A stretch of DNA of 64,000 nt from an uncultured Bacteroidales bacterium (GCA_937898885.1 CALDKD010000071.1:1250-65249); one strand, 5' to 3'; counted from the first letter of the stretch, positions 28,797 to 40,977 are shown. The notes: generated from the sequence alone by a model not told the origin. Numbers and translations: made by a program.

Positions 28797-31271
28797 TTAC
28801 CTCAGATACTTGACACCGTTCCTGATGATGATGCCCTGATAGTCTTCCGTAACAGGCAGACCATAGATATTGTACATCACGTCAGTATCAATGTGGTTGT
28901 CAACTGTAACAATCTCAACCGGGGTGATATCCTTGCGCTTGATGGTGCGGAATATGGTATAAGGCTCAAGGTCCTTGTTTACGGTAACAGTGCCCTTGGC
29001 ACCCTTGATGGCGCCGCTCTCACCGTAGTTCTTCATATGGAACTCAATGCGGTTGCTGTAAACGTAAATCATCATAGCCTGGATAACCTTGGCATTCTTG
29101 GTATAGTTCTGCTGAATCCAGTCGCCCTCAATTGTGTTGTTGTAGTAACGCATACTGCCCAAGAACAGTGATACGAATGAAGGATCGGCATCCGACGGCT
29201 CAACCGGGTCAACCGGATCAACCTCCTCTGATACAGCCTCATACTGATAGATGCAGTTCTTATAGTCTGCACCGTTAAGTGTCAGAGTGGTGGCAGATGC
29301 TGAGAAATCATCAATCTTTGTACCCTTAACACGATACTTGCCGGCTCCAGTCATATCAACAATCTCGGTACCGAGTGCAGAATAACCCTCGCTGCTGTAC
29401 TGGTGGATAACCAGATAATATGCGTTGTCCTTGAGCTCGGAGACCTTCTTTGCCACGAGATTCGCTGCGGTAGGATCCTCTATCTCGAACCAGTAGCCGT
29501 GGCCCTGCTCACCGCCATAAACGGCATCGGTCTTGAAGTTGTAGCCGAAGTCCGCGCCTACCGACATATTATATGTAGTACCGCCGGCAATAACCGATGT
29601 GCTGAATCTGTCCTCGCCATCCTCCTTTACAATTTTAGCCTCCTGCCTGTTTGCGGCGTCAAGCATTGCGATTCTTGAGGTTGAGCTGTCCCAGCCAAGA
29701 TACTTACCGTTGGCAAAACCCTTCATATAGTACTTGTAGCTGCTGCCCTCCTGAGGCTCTGAGCTGGTCTTTCCCTCAACATACTGATAAACGCACTTGC
29801 CGAAATCTGCAGCCGGAAGGGAGAGAGACTCCACGGATGAGCTCATACCGCTTACTGCGATGCCCTCCAGACGGAACTTTCCGGCATTGTCAGTATTCTT
29901 CAGACTGTTGCTGAGTGCCATATAACCATTATAGTTCTGGATGATTACATAGTACTTGCCTGCCTCTGGCTCTGCGACCTTGGTAGCGGCAAGAGTCTCT
30001 GCCGCAGGATCGGCAATCTCGAACCAGTAACCGCTGTTCTGCTCACCGCTGCCTGCGCTTCCTGACTTGAAGTTGAAGCCGGTTCCGGCTGACAGATAAT
30101 AGCTTGAGTTGTTGTAAGAGATGGTGGTGGTAAGCAGTGAGCCGTTGGTGACTACAGACACAGGCTGTTTGTCAGCCTCATCTGCCAGACCGATGTTGGA
30201 GTTTGAGGTCGGAACTACTGCCAGATACTTGGCAACGCCGTCCACAATGGTCTTGAGATAGAATGCGGACTCCACTACTGGCTCCGGCTCCGGCTCAACA
30301 TAACCCTGAACGGTGCCGTTCACGTGATTCTCATCGAATGAGGAGATCACCTTGCCGTTAACATCATATCTTGTAACACGCTGTGAGGTCTTCTCGCGGA
30401 TATATGCCTTGTCGCCACCGTGATCGTGACCGTAAAGCATAATCAGGTTAGGATACTGGGAAAGGGCAGCCTTCAGCTCCTTGGCGCCAGACTCGCTCTT
30501 GGTCTCATTCTGACCCTTGTTGGCGGCAGAGATAGAGTTGCTGTCTCCGAACGGGATATGGACAAGGAAGAACAGGGTCTTGTCAGGATCATCGGCATAA
30601 AGGCTTGCAATCTTCTTGCTGACCCACTCAACAGACTCCTTTGAGTAGTAATAGTTCTCGTTTGACTTGAACAGATACTTGGCGGTGTTCAGAACAACGA
30701 AGTCGAAACCACCTACCTCGTAATGGTAAGCAGCCAGCAGTTTCATATCCTTGGAGCCATTTTTTACGGTCTCATAGAAGCACTCATCCGGAGCAAGCTC
30801 ACCTACATCTTCTGACATTGGCTCAGTATAATAATCGGCGGAGTTCCATCCCTTTACCTTGTCGTCTCCATAGCCTGCGGCATCGTACTCGTGATTACCG
30901 CTTGCATAGATTACCGGAGTGGGAGCTCCCTCTGGGAATGCACCGCGTGTGGCTTTCTCAAGCAGTGTTCTGGCCTTCTTCCAGTGTCTCTCGGTAGGAG
31001 CGGTTACCTGGCTGGTGTAGTCACCGCCAAGAAGCATCAGGTCTATTGTCTCCTCCTGGCCCATCTTGGTCAATGTCGTGTTGATTGTTCCACGAAGACG
31101 TACCTTGCTGGTACTCTCACAATCAATCATGTCGTACTCGGTGTGAAGGTCGCTCAGACAGGCAATTGTCATGAGCAGGGAATCCTCACCCTCGGACTGC
31201 TGGGCCTTGGATGGAAGCATCCATAAAGATGCCACAAGAGCCAGACTTAAACAGCGTAGCATTTTTCTCAT
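28797..31271 (-). CDS. T9SS-secreted metallophosphoesterase with an inserted tandem repeat of an unknown ~170-aa module
   Basis: 824 aa with a signal peptide. Calcineurin-like motifs are present: LSDLHTE, GGDYTS, GNHEYD, VHIPFGD, YGHDHGG. It ends in a C-terminal T9SS sorting domain (...VMYNIYGLPVTEDYQGIIIRNGVKYLR). Confidence 0.75.
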   Translation of the reverse strand: MRKMLRCLSLALVASLWMLPSKAQQSEGEDSLLMTIACLSDLHTEYDMIDCESTSKVRLRGTINTTLTKMGQEETIDLMLLGGDYTSQVTAPTERHWKKARTLLEKATRGAFPEGAPTPVIYASGNHEYDAAGYGDDKVKGWNSADYYTEPMSEDVGELAPDECFYETVKNGSKDMKLLAAYHYEVGGFDFVVLNTAKYLFKSNENYYYSKESVEWVSKKIASLYADDPDKTLFFLVHIPFGDSNSISAANKGQNETKSESGAKELKAALSQYPNLIMLYGHDHGGDKAYIREKTSQRVTRYDVNGKVISSFDENHVNGTVQGYVEPEPEPVVESAFYLKTIVDGVAKYLAVVPTSNSNIGLADEADKQPVSVVTNGSLLTTTISYNNSSYYLSAGTGFNFKSGSAGSGEQNSGYWFEIADPAAETLAATKVAEPEAGKYYVIIQNYNGYMALSNSLKNTDNAGKFRLEGIAVSGMSSSVESLSLPAADFGKCVYQYVEGKTSSEPQEGSSYKYYMKGFANGKYLGWDSSTSRIAMLDAANRQEAKIVKEDGEDRFSTSVIAGGTTYNMSVGADFGYNFKTDAVYGGEQGHGYWFEIEDPTAANLVAKKVSELKDNAYYLVIHQYSSEGYSALGTEIVDMTGAGKYRVKGTKIDDFSASATTLTLNGADYKNCIYQYEAVSEEVDPVDPVEPSDADPSFVSLFLGSMRYYNNTIEGDWIQQNYTKNAKVIQAMMIYVYSNRIEFHMKNYGESGAIKGAKGTVTVNKDLEPYTIFRTIKRKDITPVEIVTVDNHIDTDVMYNIYGLPVTEDYQGIIIRNGVKYLR
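29235..30269 (-). repeat. two tandem in-frame ~170-aa module repeats inside the metallophosphoesterase gene
   Basis: The two copies share SGEQNSGYWFEIADPAAETLAATKVAEPEAGKYYVIIQNYNGYMALS...GKFRLEGIAVSG...ADFGKCVYQY and GGEQGHGYWFEIEDPTAANLVAKKVSELKDNAYYLVIHQYSSEGYSALG...GKYRVKGTKIDD...ADYKNCIYQY. Confidence 0.75.
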
Positions 31272-31318
31272 AAGCTTTGTATTTAAAATTAATAAACTAT
31301 AATTACGGTTTAGAAACG

Positions 31319-31326
31319 CAAATGTA
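31319..31326 (-). promoter_or_regulatory. Bacteroidetes-type -7 promoter box for the metallophosphoesterase gene
   Basis: The plus strand reads CAAATGTA, which is TACATTTG on the minus strand, about 48 bp upstream of ATG 31271. Confidence 0.35.
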
Positions 31327-31614
31327 AGCGAAGTTCACAATAATGCCAAGCAAATCCGCAAAAAACCGCAGATGATATTCTGTTGTTTACGTCATGACAG
31401 AGTCAAGGCTGCTACGGAATTGCTAATTGGTAGTCTTCAAGTTGCCTGCGCGTGTTCTCCGTGGGGTATCCGTTATGCCTTCGTTTTGCCTTTGCCGCGC
31501 CTTGACCATTTCACCGATGTTTTTCCGCTCAAAAACGGAGCCAGAGCGAACAACAAGCGAACAACAAAACGGACGTTTATTCAAGTAAATTCCGCTCCGC
31601 CCCAGAAAATTGCT

Positions 31615-31622
31615 AACTTTGC
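31615..31622 (+). promoter_or_regulatory. Bacteroidetes-type -7 promoter box for the esterase gene
   Basis: TAACTTTG lies 22 bp upstream of ATG 31645. Confidence 0.4.
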
Positions 31623-31641
31623 TGAAAACATTTCAATATAA

Positions 31642-32811
<1,170 letters not shown>

Positions 32812-32855
32812 CCAATCCCGACAGTCCGGATGTGGAGTAAGATAGCGCCGCGTGT

Positions 32856-33836
32856 ATGAAGTATCTGATAATAGCCATATTGTTCATAGGAATTGTTTTG
32901 GTGCTGGTGCCTAACATTTTGTTTGTGGCACTTAGAATAATCTCTACAATTTTCCGCTTTAGGATACCATACAGGCCATTTGGCATAGTAGCGGCAGGAC
33001 TATTCCTGGCATCGGCATTGACGCTTACCTATGGGTACGGCATAGGCAGATTCAGGTACGAGGTGAGAAGCTGGGAGTTTGCGGACGCATCTGTCCCCGA
33101 GGCGTTCAACGGATACAGGATTGTCCACATATCCGATATTCACAGCGGAGGCTGGATAGGCCATGAGCGCAGATTGCAGAGAATAATCGATGAAATCAGC
33201 GAAATCGGTCCTGATCTGATATGCTTTACAGGCGACCTTGTCGATATCAGTCCGGACGAGGCTTTAAAGCTGGCTCCCGTTCTCAAGACACTGAACGCGC
33301 CGGATGGAGTAATATCCGTCCTTGGCAATCACGACTATATTCCATACAACCGGAGTATCAGTGAGGGTGAGCGTTCACAGTTAATAGAAAAACTTACATT
33401 CATAGAGCGCGACACACTTGGTTGGATACTTTTGATGAACCAGAATGCAATCATTCGCAAAGGGGGCGACAGCATAGCCATCATAGGAACGGAGAACCAG
33501 AGTATGGGCATTCACAATGTGGTGCAGAGAGGGGATTTACCAAAAGCAATGGAGGGTACTGACGGTATGATGCGCATTCTGCTCACGCATGACCCGACCC
33601 ACTGGCACGGTCAGGTTACAGGCAAGACCGACATCCCGCTCACGCTGTCCGGACACACTCACGCCATGCAGTTCCGCATTGCCAGATTCACTCCATCACG
33701 CTGGCTTTTTCCTGAATATGCCGGCCTTTACACCGATGGAGCGCGGCAGCTTTATGTGAACATCGGACTGGGCGGCTCAATGCCGGTACGCATCGGCGCC
33801 ACTCCCGAGATTACCGTACTCACGCTGAAGCGATGA
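32856..33836 (+). CDS. membrane-anchored metallophosphoesterase (YkuE/YaeI-like)
   Basis: Two to three N-terminal TM segments, then HISDIHSG, TGDLVD, LGNHD and SGHTH motifs. Confidence 0.85.
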   Translation: MKYLIIAILFIGIVLVLVPNILFVALRIISTIFRFRIPYRPFGIVAAGLFLASALTLTYGYGIGRFRYEVRSWEFADASVPEAFNGYRIVHISDIHSGGWIGHERRLQRIIDEISEIGPDLICFTGDLVDISPDEALKLAPVLKTLNAPDGVISVLGNHDYIPYNRSISEGERSQLIEKLTFIERDTLGWILLMNQNAIIRKGGDSIAIIGTENQSMGIHNVVQRGDLPKAMEGTDGMMRILLTHDPTHWHGQVTGKTDIPLTLSGHTHAMQFRIARFTPSRWLFPEYAGLYTDGARQLYVNIGLGGSMPVRIGATPEITVLTLKR

Positions 33837-33888
33837 CCTTGCGATGAAATAAAACGCGATATTCCATTGCCAGCAGTGCGCCTTTATA

Positions 33889-33896
33889 TAACTTTG
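33889..33896 (+). promoter_or_regulatory. Bacteroidetes-type -7 promoter box for leuS
   Basis: TAACTTTG lies 45 bp upstream of ATG 33942. Confidence 0.35.
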
Positions 33897-33941
33897 CAAT
33901 TAAATTGCATAGTAAGAACAAAAATAAAATCATAATCAGAG

Positions 33942-36776
33942 ATGGAGTACAATTTCAGAGAGATTGAGCAGAAGTGGCAGAAGAGATGGGCCGAGAATGG
34001 CACATACACAGTAAAGGAGGATGAGTCACGTCCTAAATACTATGTTCTCAACATGTTCCCGTATCCGTCGGGCGCCGGCCTGCACGTAGGTCACCCGTTA
34101 GGCTACATAGCATCGGATATCTACGCACGCTACAAGCGTCAGTGCGGCTTCAATGTGCTGAACCCTATGGGATACGATGCATACGGACTTCCGGCAGAGC
34201 AGTACGCCATCCAGACCGGACAGCATCCGGCCATCACAACAAGCCAGAACATCAACCGCTACCGCGAGCAGCTTGACAAGATAGGTTTCTCATTCGACTG
34301 GAACCGCGAGGTACGCACCTGCGAGCCCGGCTACTACCATTGGACGCAGTGGGCATTCCAGAAAATGTTCGGCAGCTATTACGACTATGACCTGCGGAAG
34401 GCACAGCCTATTGAAAAGCTGATAAGCCATTTCCAGGAGAATGGCACAGAGGGTATCAATGCCGCACAGAGCGAGGAGCTGACATTCACCGCCGCAGAGT
34501 GGAACGCATATAGTGAGAAGGAGCAGTCTGACATACTTATGAACTACCGCATAGCCTATCAGGGCGAGACGATGGTGAACTGGTGCCAGGGACTCGGCAC
34601 GGTGCTTGCCAACGACGAGGTTGTTGAGGGTGTGTCTGTCCGTGGAGGCTTCCCTGTAGAGCAGAAGAAAATGCGTCAGTGGTGTCTGCGCGTATCGGCA
34701 TACTCACAGCGTCTGCTTGACGGTCTTGACACAATAGACTGGTCTGAGTCCATCAAGGAGACACAGCGCAACTGGATAGGCCGCTCAGAGGGTACCGAGA
34801 TGGTGTTCAAGGTAAAGGACAGTGACTTCACCTTCACTATATTCACCACCCGCGCCGACACCATCTTCGGTGTTACGTTTATGGTGCTGGCACCAGAGAG
34901 CGAGCTTGTATCCACACTCACCACAGCGGCACAGAAGGCAGAGGTTGACGCATACGTTGACCGTGTAAGGAAGCGCACTGAGCGCGAGCGCATTGCAGAC
35001 CGCAAGGTTACTGGCGTGTTCAGCGGCTCTTACGCCATCAATCCTCTCACAGGCGAGGATGTTCCAATATGGATAAGCGATTATGTCCTGGCCGGCTACG
35101 GTACCGGCGCCATTATGGCTGTTCCGGCACACGACAGCCGCGACTATGCGTTTGCCAGGCATTTCGGACTTGAGATACGTCCGCTCATCGAGGGTTGCGA
35201 TGTATCGGAGCAGAGCTTCGATGCCAAGGAGGGTATCATGATGAACTCGCCTAGACCGGACCAGATCCGCCAGGGTGGTCTGGTGCTCAACGGACTTACC
35301 GTAAAGGAGGCAATAGCCGCCACAAAGAAATATGTCAAGGAGAACCGCTTAGGCAATATTAAGGTGAACTACCGTCTGCGCGACGCAATCTTCAGCCGTC
35401 AGCGCTACTGGGGCGAGCCGTTCCCTGTATATTACGACAATGGCATTCCAAAGATGGTTCCAGAGAGCTGCCTGCCGCTTGAGTTGCCTGAGATAAGCGA
35501 GTACAAGCCTACTGAGACCGGAGAGCCGCCACTCGGACATGCCGTCAAGTGGGCTTTCGACACCCGGAGCAACACTATCGTTGACAAGAGCCTGATTGAC
35601 AACAAGACCATATTCCCGCTTGAGCTCAACACAATGCCTGGTTTCGCAGGCTCATCGGCATACTATCTGCGCTATATGGACCCGCACGACAACCAGGGTC
35701 TGGTAAGCGCGGCTGCCGACAGCTACTGGAAGTGCGTTGACCTGTATCTTGGAGGCTCGGAGCATGCCACAGGCCACCTGATTTACTCACGCTTCTGGAA
35801 CAAGTTCCTGCACGACCTGGGCTACAGCGTTGTGGAGGAGCCGTTCAGCAAGCTCATCAACCAGGGTATGATTCAGGGACGCAGCAACTTTGTATATCGC
35901 ATAAAGGACACCAACACATTCGTATCACTCGGCCTTAAAGAGCAGTACGACACCACTCCCATCCACGTAGATGTGAACATTGTAAGCAACGACATTCTTG
36001 ATGTTGAGGCATTCAAGGCCTGGAGACCGGAGTACAATACAGCAGAGTTCATCCTTGAGGATGGCAAATATGTGTGCGGCTGGGCTGTGGAGAAGATGAG
36101 CAAGTCTATGTTCAATGTGGTGAATCCTGACGTTGTGACTGAGAAGTACGGTGCCGACACTCTGCGTATGTATGAGATGTTCCTTGGCCCGCTTGAGCAG
36201 TCAAAGCCCTGGGATACCAACGGCATTGACGGCTGCCACCGCTTCATCCGCAAGATGTGGAACCTGTTCACCGACAAGGACGGCAACCTGAGCGTGTCTG
36301 ATGCAGAGCCCACAAAGGATGAGCTGAAATCAATACACAAGCTTATCAAGAAGGTTACCGAGGATATTGAGAACTTCTCATACAACACATCAATCAGCGC
36401 GTTTATGATTTGCGTTAACGAGCTATCATCACTCAAGTGCTGCAACAGAGAGGTTCTTGGCATACTGGTACGACTTATCGCACCATTCGCACCACACATT
36501 GCCGAAGAGCTTTGGGAGGCTCTGGGACATACCACAAGCGTATGCGACTCTGAGTGGCCTGAGTTCAATGAGGAATACCTCAAGGAGAACAGCATCACCT
36601 ACTCCATCTCATTCAACGGCAAGACCCGTTTTACAATGGACTTCCCGCTCGATGCCACCCCGGAGCAGATACAACAGGCTGTCCTTGCCAATGAGAAGGC
36701 ACAAAGCTACATTGACGGAAAGGATATCCGTAAGGTGATTGTGGTTCCGAAGAAGATTGTGAACATTGTTCTCTGA
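33942..36776 (+). CDS. leuS: leucine--tRNA ligase
   Basis: 944 aa with [16 protein letters not shown] (HIGH motif) and KMSKSMFN (KMSKS motif). Confidence 0.97.
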   Translation: MEYNFREIEQKWQKRWAENGTYTVKEDESRPKYYVLNMFPYPSGAGLHVGHPLGYIASDIYARYKRQCGFNVLNPMGYDAYGLPAEQYAIQTGQHPAITTSQNINRYREQLDKIGFSFDWNREVRTCEPGYYHWTQWAFQKMFGSYYDYDLRKAQPIEKLISHFQENGTEGINAAQSEELTFTAAEWNAYSEKEQSDILMNYRIAYQGETMVNWCQGLGTVLANDEVVEGVSVRGGFPVEQKKMRQWCLRVSAYSQRLLDGLDTIDWSESIKETQRNWIGRSEGTEMVFKVKDSDFTFTIFTTRADTIFGVTFMVLAPESELVSTLTTAAQKAEVDAYVDRVRKRTERERIADRKVTGVFSGSYAINPLTGEDVPIWISDYVLAGYGTGAIMAVPAHDSRDYAFARHFGLEIRPLIEGCDVSEQSFDAKEGIMMNSPRPDQIRQGGLVLNGLTVKEAIAATKKYVKENRLGNIKVNYRLRDAIFSRQRYWGEPFPVYYDNGIPKMVPESCLPLELPEISEYKPTETGEPPLGHAVKWAFDTRSNTIVDKSLIDNKTIFPLELNTMPGFAGSSAYYLRYMDPHDNQGLVSAAADSYWKCVDLYLGGSEHATGHLIYSRFWNKFLHDLGYSVVEEPFSKLINQGMIQGRSNFVYRIKDTNTFVSLGLKEQYDTTPIHVDVNIVSNDILDVEAFKAWRPEYNTAEFILEDGKYVCGWAVEKMSKSMFNVVNPDVVTEKYGADTLRMYEMFLGPLEQSKPWDTNGIDGCHRFIRKMWNLFTDKDGNLSVSDAEPTKDELKSIHKLIKKVTEDIENFSYNTSISAFMICVNELSSLKCCNREVLGILVRLIAPFAPHIAEELWEALGHTTSVCDSEWPEFNEEYLKENSITYSISFNGKTRFTMDFPLDATPEQIQQAVLANEKAQSYIDGKDIRKVIVVPKKIVNIVL

Positions 36777-36788
36777 ATTGTATAAGTT

Positions 36789-37685
36789 ATGGCAACTGAA
36801 CTGAAGAAAAAATTCATTCACGAGTTCAATGACTATCTTGCCATAGCTGTGGGACTCGCGCTATATGCGCTCAGCTGGACAACGCTTATGCTGCCTTACG
36901 GTATTACAACCGGAGGTGTGACCGGTGTGTCTGCCATTATATTTTACGCCACCGGCTTTGAGATGCAGATAAGCTATCTGCTTATCAACAGCGTGTTCCT
37001 GATATTCGCACTAAAGATTCTTGGCTGGCGTTTCTGTGCCAAAACCGTCTATGCGGTACTCCTGCTCACAATATTCCTGAAGGTGGGACAGATATTTATG
37101 TCCGACGGCAATGGCGGGTTCAAGCTGATCCTGGGTGAGGGTCAGAACTTTATGGCCTGCGTTGTGGGCGCCATACTCTGTGGCATAGGCGTGGGAATGT
37201 GCTTTGCGGCCAATGGCAGTACAGGAGGCACTGATATCATAGCCGCCATAGTGAACAAATACCGCGATGTTTCTTTAGGAAGGGTTATCCTTTTTATAGA
37301 TATCCTTATCATTGGAAGCACCTATTTTGTATTCCACGATATTACCAGAATGTTATTCGGTTATGTCACTATGATGATAATGAGCGCATCACTGGATTTT
37401 TACGTGAACAGTGCCCGTCAGTCCATTCAGATACTTATCTTCTCATACAAATACGAGGAACTGGCCAATTACATCAATCAGGAGATACACCGTGGAGTGA
37501 CCGTGCTTAATGGCATGGGATGGTACAGCAAGCAGGAAAGCCACGTGCTTGTGGTGCTTGTGCGAAAGCCCGACGCCACCAACATTCTGAGAGCCATAAA
37601 ACAAATTGACCCCAACGCTTTCATATCCATGAGCCGTGTTGTTGGAGTATATGGTCAGGGATTTGATAAAATAAAAGTAAAATGA
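36789..37685 (+). CDS. YitT family membrane protein (DUF2179 C-terminal domain)
   Basis: 298 aa with five TM segments containing GGTDI, and a C-terminal soluble domain ...[14 protein letters not shown]... Confidence 0.85.
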   Translation: MATELKKKFIHEFNDYLAIAVGLALYALSWTTLMLPYGITTGGVTGVSAIIFYATGFEMQISYLLINSVFLIFALKILGWRFCAKTVYAVLLLTIFLKVGQIFMSDGNGGFKLILGEGQNFMACVVGAILCGIGVGMCFAANGSTGGTDIIAAIVNKYRDVSLGRVILFIDILIIGSTYFVFHDITRMLFGYVTMMIMSASLDFYVNSARQSIQILIFSYKYEELANYINQEIHRGVTVLNGMGWYSKQESHVLVVLVRKPDATNILRAIKQIDPNAFISMSRVVGVYGQGFDKIKVK

Positions 37686-38257
37686 GACTTGTATTTGCAA
37701 CAAACAATGCCCATAAGCTCAATGAGGTGGCGGCAATTCTGGGTGATGGATTTGAGCTTCTGTCACTCGCTGACATAGGTTGTAATGAGGATATCCCCGA
37801 GACTTCAGATACACTTACCGGAAACGCCATTCAGAAGGCCCGCTACGTAAAGGAACACTATGGTCTGGACTGTTTTGCGGATGATACAGGCCTGGAGGTT
37901 GAGGCCCTTGACGGAGCTCCTGGTGTTCATTCGGCACGATACGCGGGAGACCACGACTCTGAGGCCAATATGACGAGACTTCTGAATGAGTTGAAAGACA
38001 AAAATAACCGCAACGCACAATTTCGTACGGTTATCGCGTTATTAATTGGTGAGGAGGAGCTTTTGTTCGAGGGCATAGTTAAAGGACATATCATCAAAGA
38101 GAGACAAGGTTGCGAGGGATTCGGATATGATCCGATATTCGTTCCCGACGGATACAGTGATTCTTTCGCGCAGTTGGGAATGGATGTCAAGAATAAGATC
38201 AGCCATAGGGCAAGAGCTACCGCCAAGCTTGTGGAATTTTTACAAAACAGATTATAA
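37682..38257 (+). CDS. rdgB: non-canonical purine NTP pyrophosphatase (RdgB/HAM1 family)
   Basis: Starts [15 protein letters not shown], with [39 protein letters not shown] and SHRA. The start overlaps the yitT stop by 4 nt. Confidence 0.9.
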   Translation: MRLVFATNNAHKLNEVAAILGDGFELLSLADIGCNEDIPETSDTLTGNAIQKARYVKEHYGLDCFADDTGLEVEALDGAPGVHSARYAGDHDSEANMTRLLNELKDKNNRNAQFRTVIALLIGEEELLFEGIVKGHIIKERQGCEGFGYDPIFVPDGYSDSFAQLGMDVKNKISHRARATAKLVEFLQNRL

Positions 38258-40561
38258 ATGAGACTATCACGCTGCCTCTTACTATTTCTGACATCGTTTT
38301 GTCTGATTCAGCAGACAATATCCCAGACAATACCGGGAGAGTGGCGCGCATACCCGGCATTTCACGATGCCACTAAAAGTGTAAAGGCATTCTCCAGAAT
38401 CTATGTTCTTAGTGACGGAGGGCTTTACAACTATACGCCAGATGACAACTCCATTCAGACTTACGACAAAGTAAGCACCCTCAGCGATAATCAGATTGCA
38501 GATATTGCATATTCTGCCAAAGAGAGAGCGATAGTCATTGGATACCTTAACGGAAATATAGACTTACTCTATGAGAATGATGATATCTACAATATCACCG
38601 ACTTGTTGAACAGTGCGCTTCCAGATAAAAGAATCAATGAGGTAAAGGTAGCTGATAACACAGCGTATATCTCTACAAACTCTGGAATAGTATTGCTCAA
38701 TATCTCAAAAAAGGAAATATCGGCCACTTACAGGTTCAATGGAAATGTCAGCTCCACCATACTATACGACAAAGAGCTTTTTTGCTGCACTACAACGGGA
38801 ATATATAAGGGTAATTTGTCAGAGAACCTTCTTGACCCGTCCAAATGGACACGCATTGAGAGCAGGGGCATATTTCTAAGACTGTTCCCATTTGCAGACA
38901 GGATTGTAGTAAGCGTTAATGACAGAGGATTGTTCTTTATTGATTTGAACGGCAGGCTGGAGAGAATAGACAAAGGCGTTGAGCATGTTTGCGTGAATGA
39001 TGGAAAACTGTTTGTATATAAGCAAGACACACTTTACATATACACTTCAAAAGATGCTGTCAACAAGTATTATGCAGGCAGTGTTGCTAAAAATGTATTG
39101 GTTGATGACGGTAATCTATGGATAAGTTGTGGGAAAGAGGGTCTTCAGAAATATCAGATAAAGGATGACAGACTTGTCATAACCAAGCCTCTTATTATTC
39201 CAGAGAGTCCGGTAAGGAACTATTTCAACTTTATGAATATGTCCTCTTCCGGAAAGCTTCTGGTCGCAGGAGGATCACTCAATTATTCAGGTGTTGACTA
39301 TGAGGGCACATTGATGTCTTTCCAGGATAATAAGTGGTTTAATTTTCCTGACGACGGTATAGAGAATCAGACCGGACTCAAATATATTAATCTAACATCC
39401 ATAGTAGAGGATCCTTCTGAGCCAGGACATTATTATGCAGGCTCGGCGCGTCACGGACTGTATGAGTACAGGAATAGTCAATTTGTCAAATTATATACTT
39501 TTGACAACAGTCCGCTCAAGACAATACTTCCAGATAATCCTAAACCTTATGAATTCGTCAGTGTGGATGGTCTGCAATATGATGATAAAGGTAATCTATG
39601 GATGCTCAACAATGAGGTTGACACTATTTTCAGAATAATAAAGTCTGATGGATCCTGGACCTCACTTTATTATCCGGAGATTGCTGGACTTCCTACATTC
39701 AAGTATATTCTCTTTGACTCTAATGGCCTTATCTGGACTGCGTCCACCAGATATAAGCCTGGCATATTCTGCACTGACATAAAAGGCACGTTTGAGGATC
39801 AGTCTGACGATGCCCATTCATTCTCAGGTGCATCATTCACAAATCAGGATGGTGTATCAGTTGTGGTGAATGACATATTCTTCATAACTGAGGACTACAG
39901 TGGAATAATGTGGATAGGAACAGATCAGGGCATTTTCACTCTGGATAATCCAAAATCCTTTGTCTCAGAAGACAAACATATATTTAAAAGAGTCAAAATA
40001 CCCAGAAATGACGGTACAAATCAGGCTGACTACTTGCTTAGCGGTATATATACCACAGCTATCTGTATTGATCACGGAAACAGAAAATGGATAGGAACAA
40101 TGAATAAGGGTATTTTCCTGGTTGACAAAGACGGAATAAACACCATTCATCATTTTACAAAAGACAATAGTCCGCTGATTTCAGATAATATTCTCGATAT
40201 AGAGATAAATGGAGCCACTGGAGAGGTTTATATCGCAACGGATGAGGGTTTGGTCGTTTTTGGAGGAGATGCCTTTAGACCGGAGGAAAACCTTGATAAA
40301 TCAAATGTCACTGTATTCCCTAATCCTGTCGCGCCTGAGCTTGACGGAAATATAACAGTGAAGGGTCTTACTCAAGACTGTACTGTTAAGATATTGAATA
40401 CAGCTGGTAGAATTGTATATGAGGGAACATCACAAGGTGGCGGTTTCACCTGGAATTGCGGAAACGGCAAAAAAAGAGTACCGTCTGGCGTCTATTTCAT
40501 TATGGCTGTAAACTCAGACGGATCATCCGGCATTGTCTCCAGAGTAACAATAATAAGATAA
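38258..40561 (+). CDS. double beta-propeller (two-component-regulator-propeller-like) protein with a T9SS C-terminal domain; candidate PorZ
   Basis: 767 aa with a signal peptide and repeated Reg_prop-like blades (...IMWIGTDQGIF..., ...KWIGTMNKGIF..., ...EVYIATDEGLVVF...). The C-terminus is VTVFPNPVAPELDGNITV...SGVYFIMAVNSDGSSGIVSRVTIIR. Size and architecture match P. gingivalis PorZ as I recall it. It starts the base after the rdgB stop. Confidence 0.55.
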   Translation: MRLSRCLLLFLTSFCLIQQTISQTIPGEWRAYPAFHDATKSVKAFSRIYVLSDGGLYNYTPDDNSIQTYDKVSTLSDNQIADIAYSAKERAIVIGYLNGNIDLLYENDDIYNITDLLNSALPDKRINEVKVADNTAYISTNSGIVLLNISKKEISATYRFNGNVSSTILYDKELFCCTTTGIYKGNLSENLLDPSKWTRIESRGIFLRLFPFADRIVVSVNDRGLFFIDLNGRLERIDKGVEHVCVNDGKLFVYKQDTLYIYTSKDAVNKYYAGSVAKNVLVDDGNLWISCGKEGLQKYQIKDDRLVITKPLIIPESPVRNYFNFMNMSSSGKLLVAGGSLNYSGVDYEGTLMSFQDNKWFNFPDDGIENQTGLKYINLTSIVEDPSEPGHYYAGSARHGLYEYRNSQFVKLYTFDNSPLKTILPDNPKPYEFVSVDGLQYDDKGNLWMLNNEVDTIFRIIKSDGSWTSLYYPEIAGLPTFKYILFDSNGLIWTASTRYKPGIFCTDIKGTFEDQSDDAHSFSGASFTNQDGVSVVVNDIFFITEDYSGIMWIGTDQGIFTLDNPKSFVSEDKHIFKRVKIPRNDGTNQADYLLSGIYTTAICIDHGNRKWIGTMNKGIFLVDKDGINTIHHFTKDNSPLISDNILDIEINGATGEVYIATDEGLVVFGGDAFRPEENLDKSNVTVFPNPVAPELDGNITVKGLTQDCTVKILNTAGRIVYEGTSQGGGFTWNCGNGKKRVPSGVYFIMAVNSDGSSGIVSRVTIIR

Positions 40562-40977
40562 TTATATTCTTTTTATTTAAATTCTTTGTTTATGTATATA
40601 TCCTGTTGATATTGTTGATATTTTTAAATGTGATTGTTTTCAAAATCAATATTAATTGACCAACAGTTTAATGAACATATTAAAAGATTAATATTTAAGT
40701 TATTGTGTCGTTATTAACAATATGTTTATATTTTTGCGCACTCTTTTCATTTACTGATTTGATGTTGAAATCGCGTTAAGAATGTGTTTTGATTTTCTTA
40801 CGATATGAACTGTTGTTTTCCAAACATACATTGTTTGGGAATTTAATTTGGATAACCAATTTTAATGGTGTTTTTTTAGTCTGTACTTATAAACATATCG
40901 CAGCATATTATTTAAACACTAATTTTACATTTATGAACAGTTTTAATGCTGTTTGTTGATAAAATGAGGTAGAATAT

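Noticed and set aside
31372-31641. 89-aa ORF filling the divergent spacer upstream of the esterase gene.
   Set aside because: The product (MIFCCLRHDRVKAATELLIGSLQVACACSPWG...) has no signal, domain or compositional resemblance to real proteins. The ORF runs through the esterase -7 box and ends 4 nt before its ATG. I treat it as a by-product of the unusually GC-rich spacer, which is reported as a finding.
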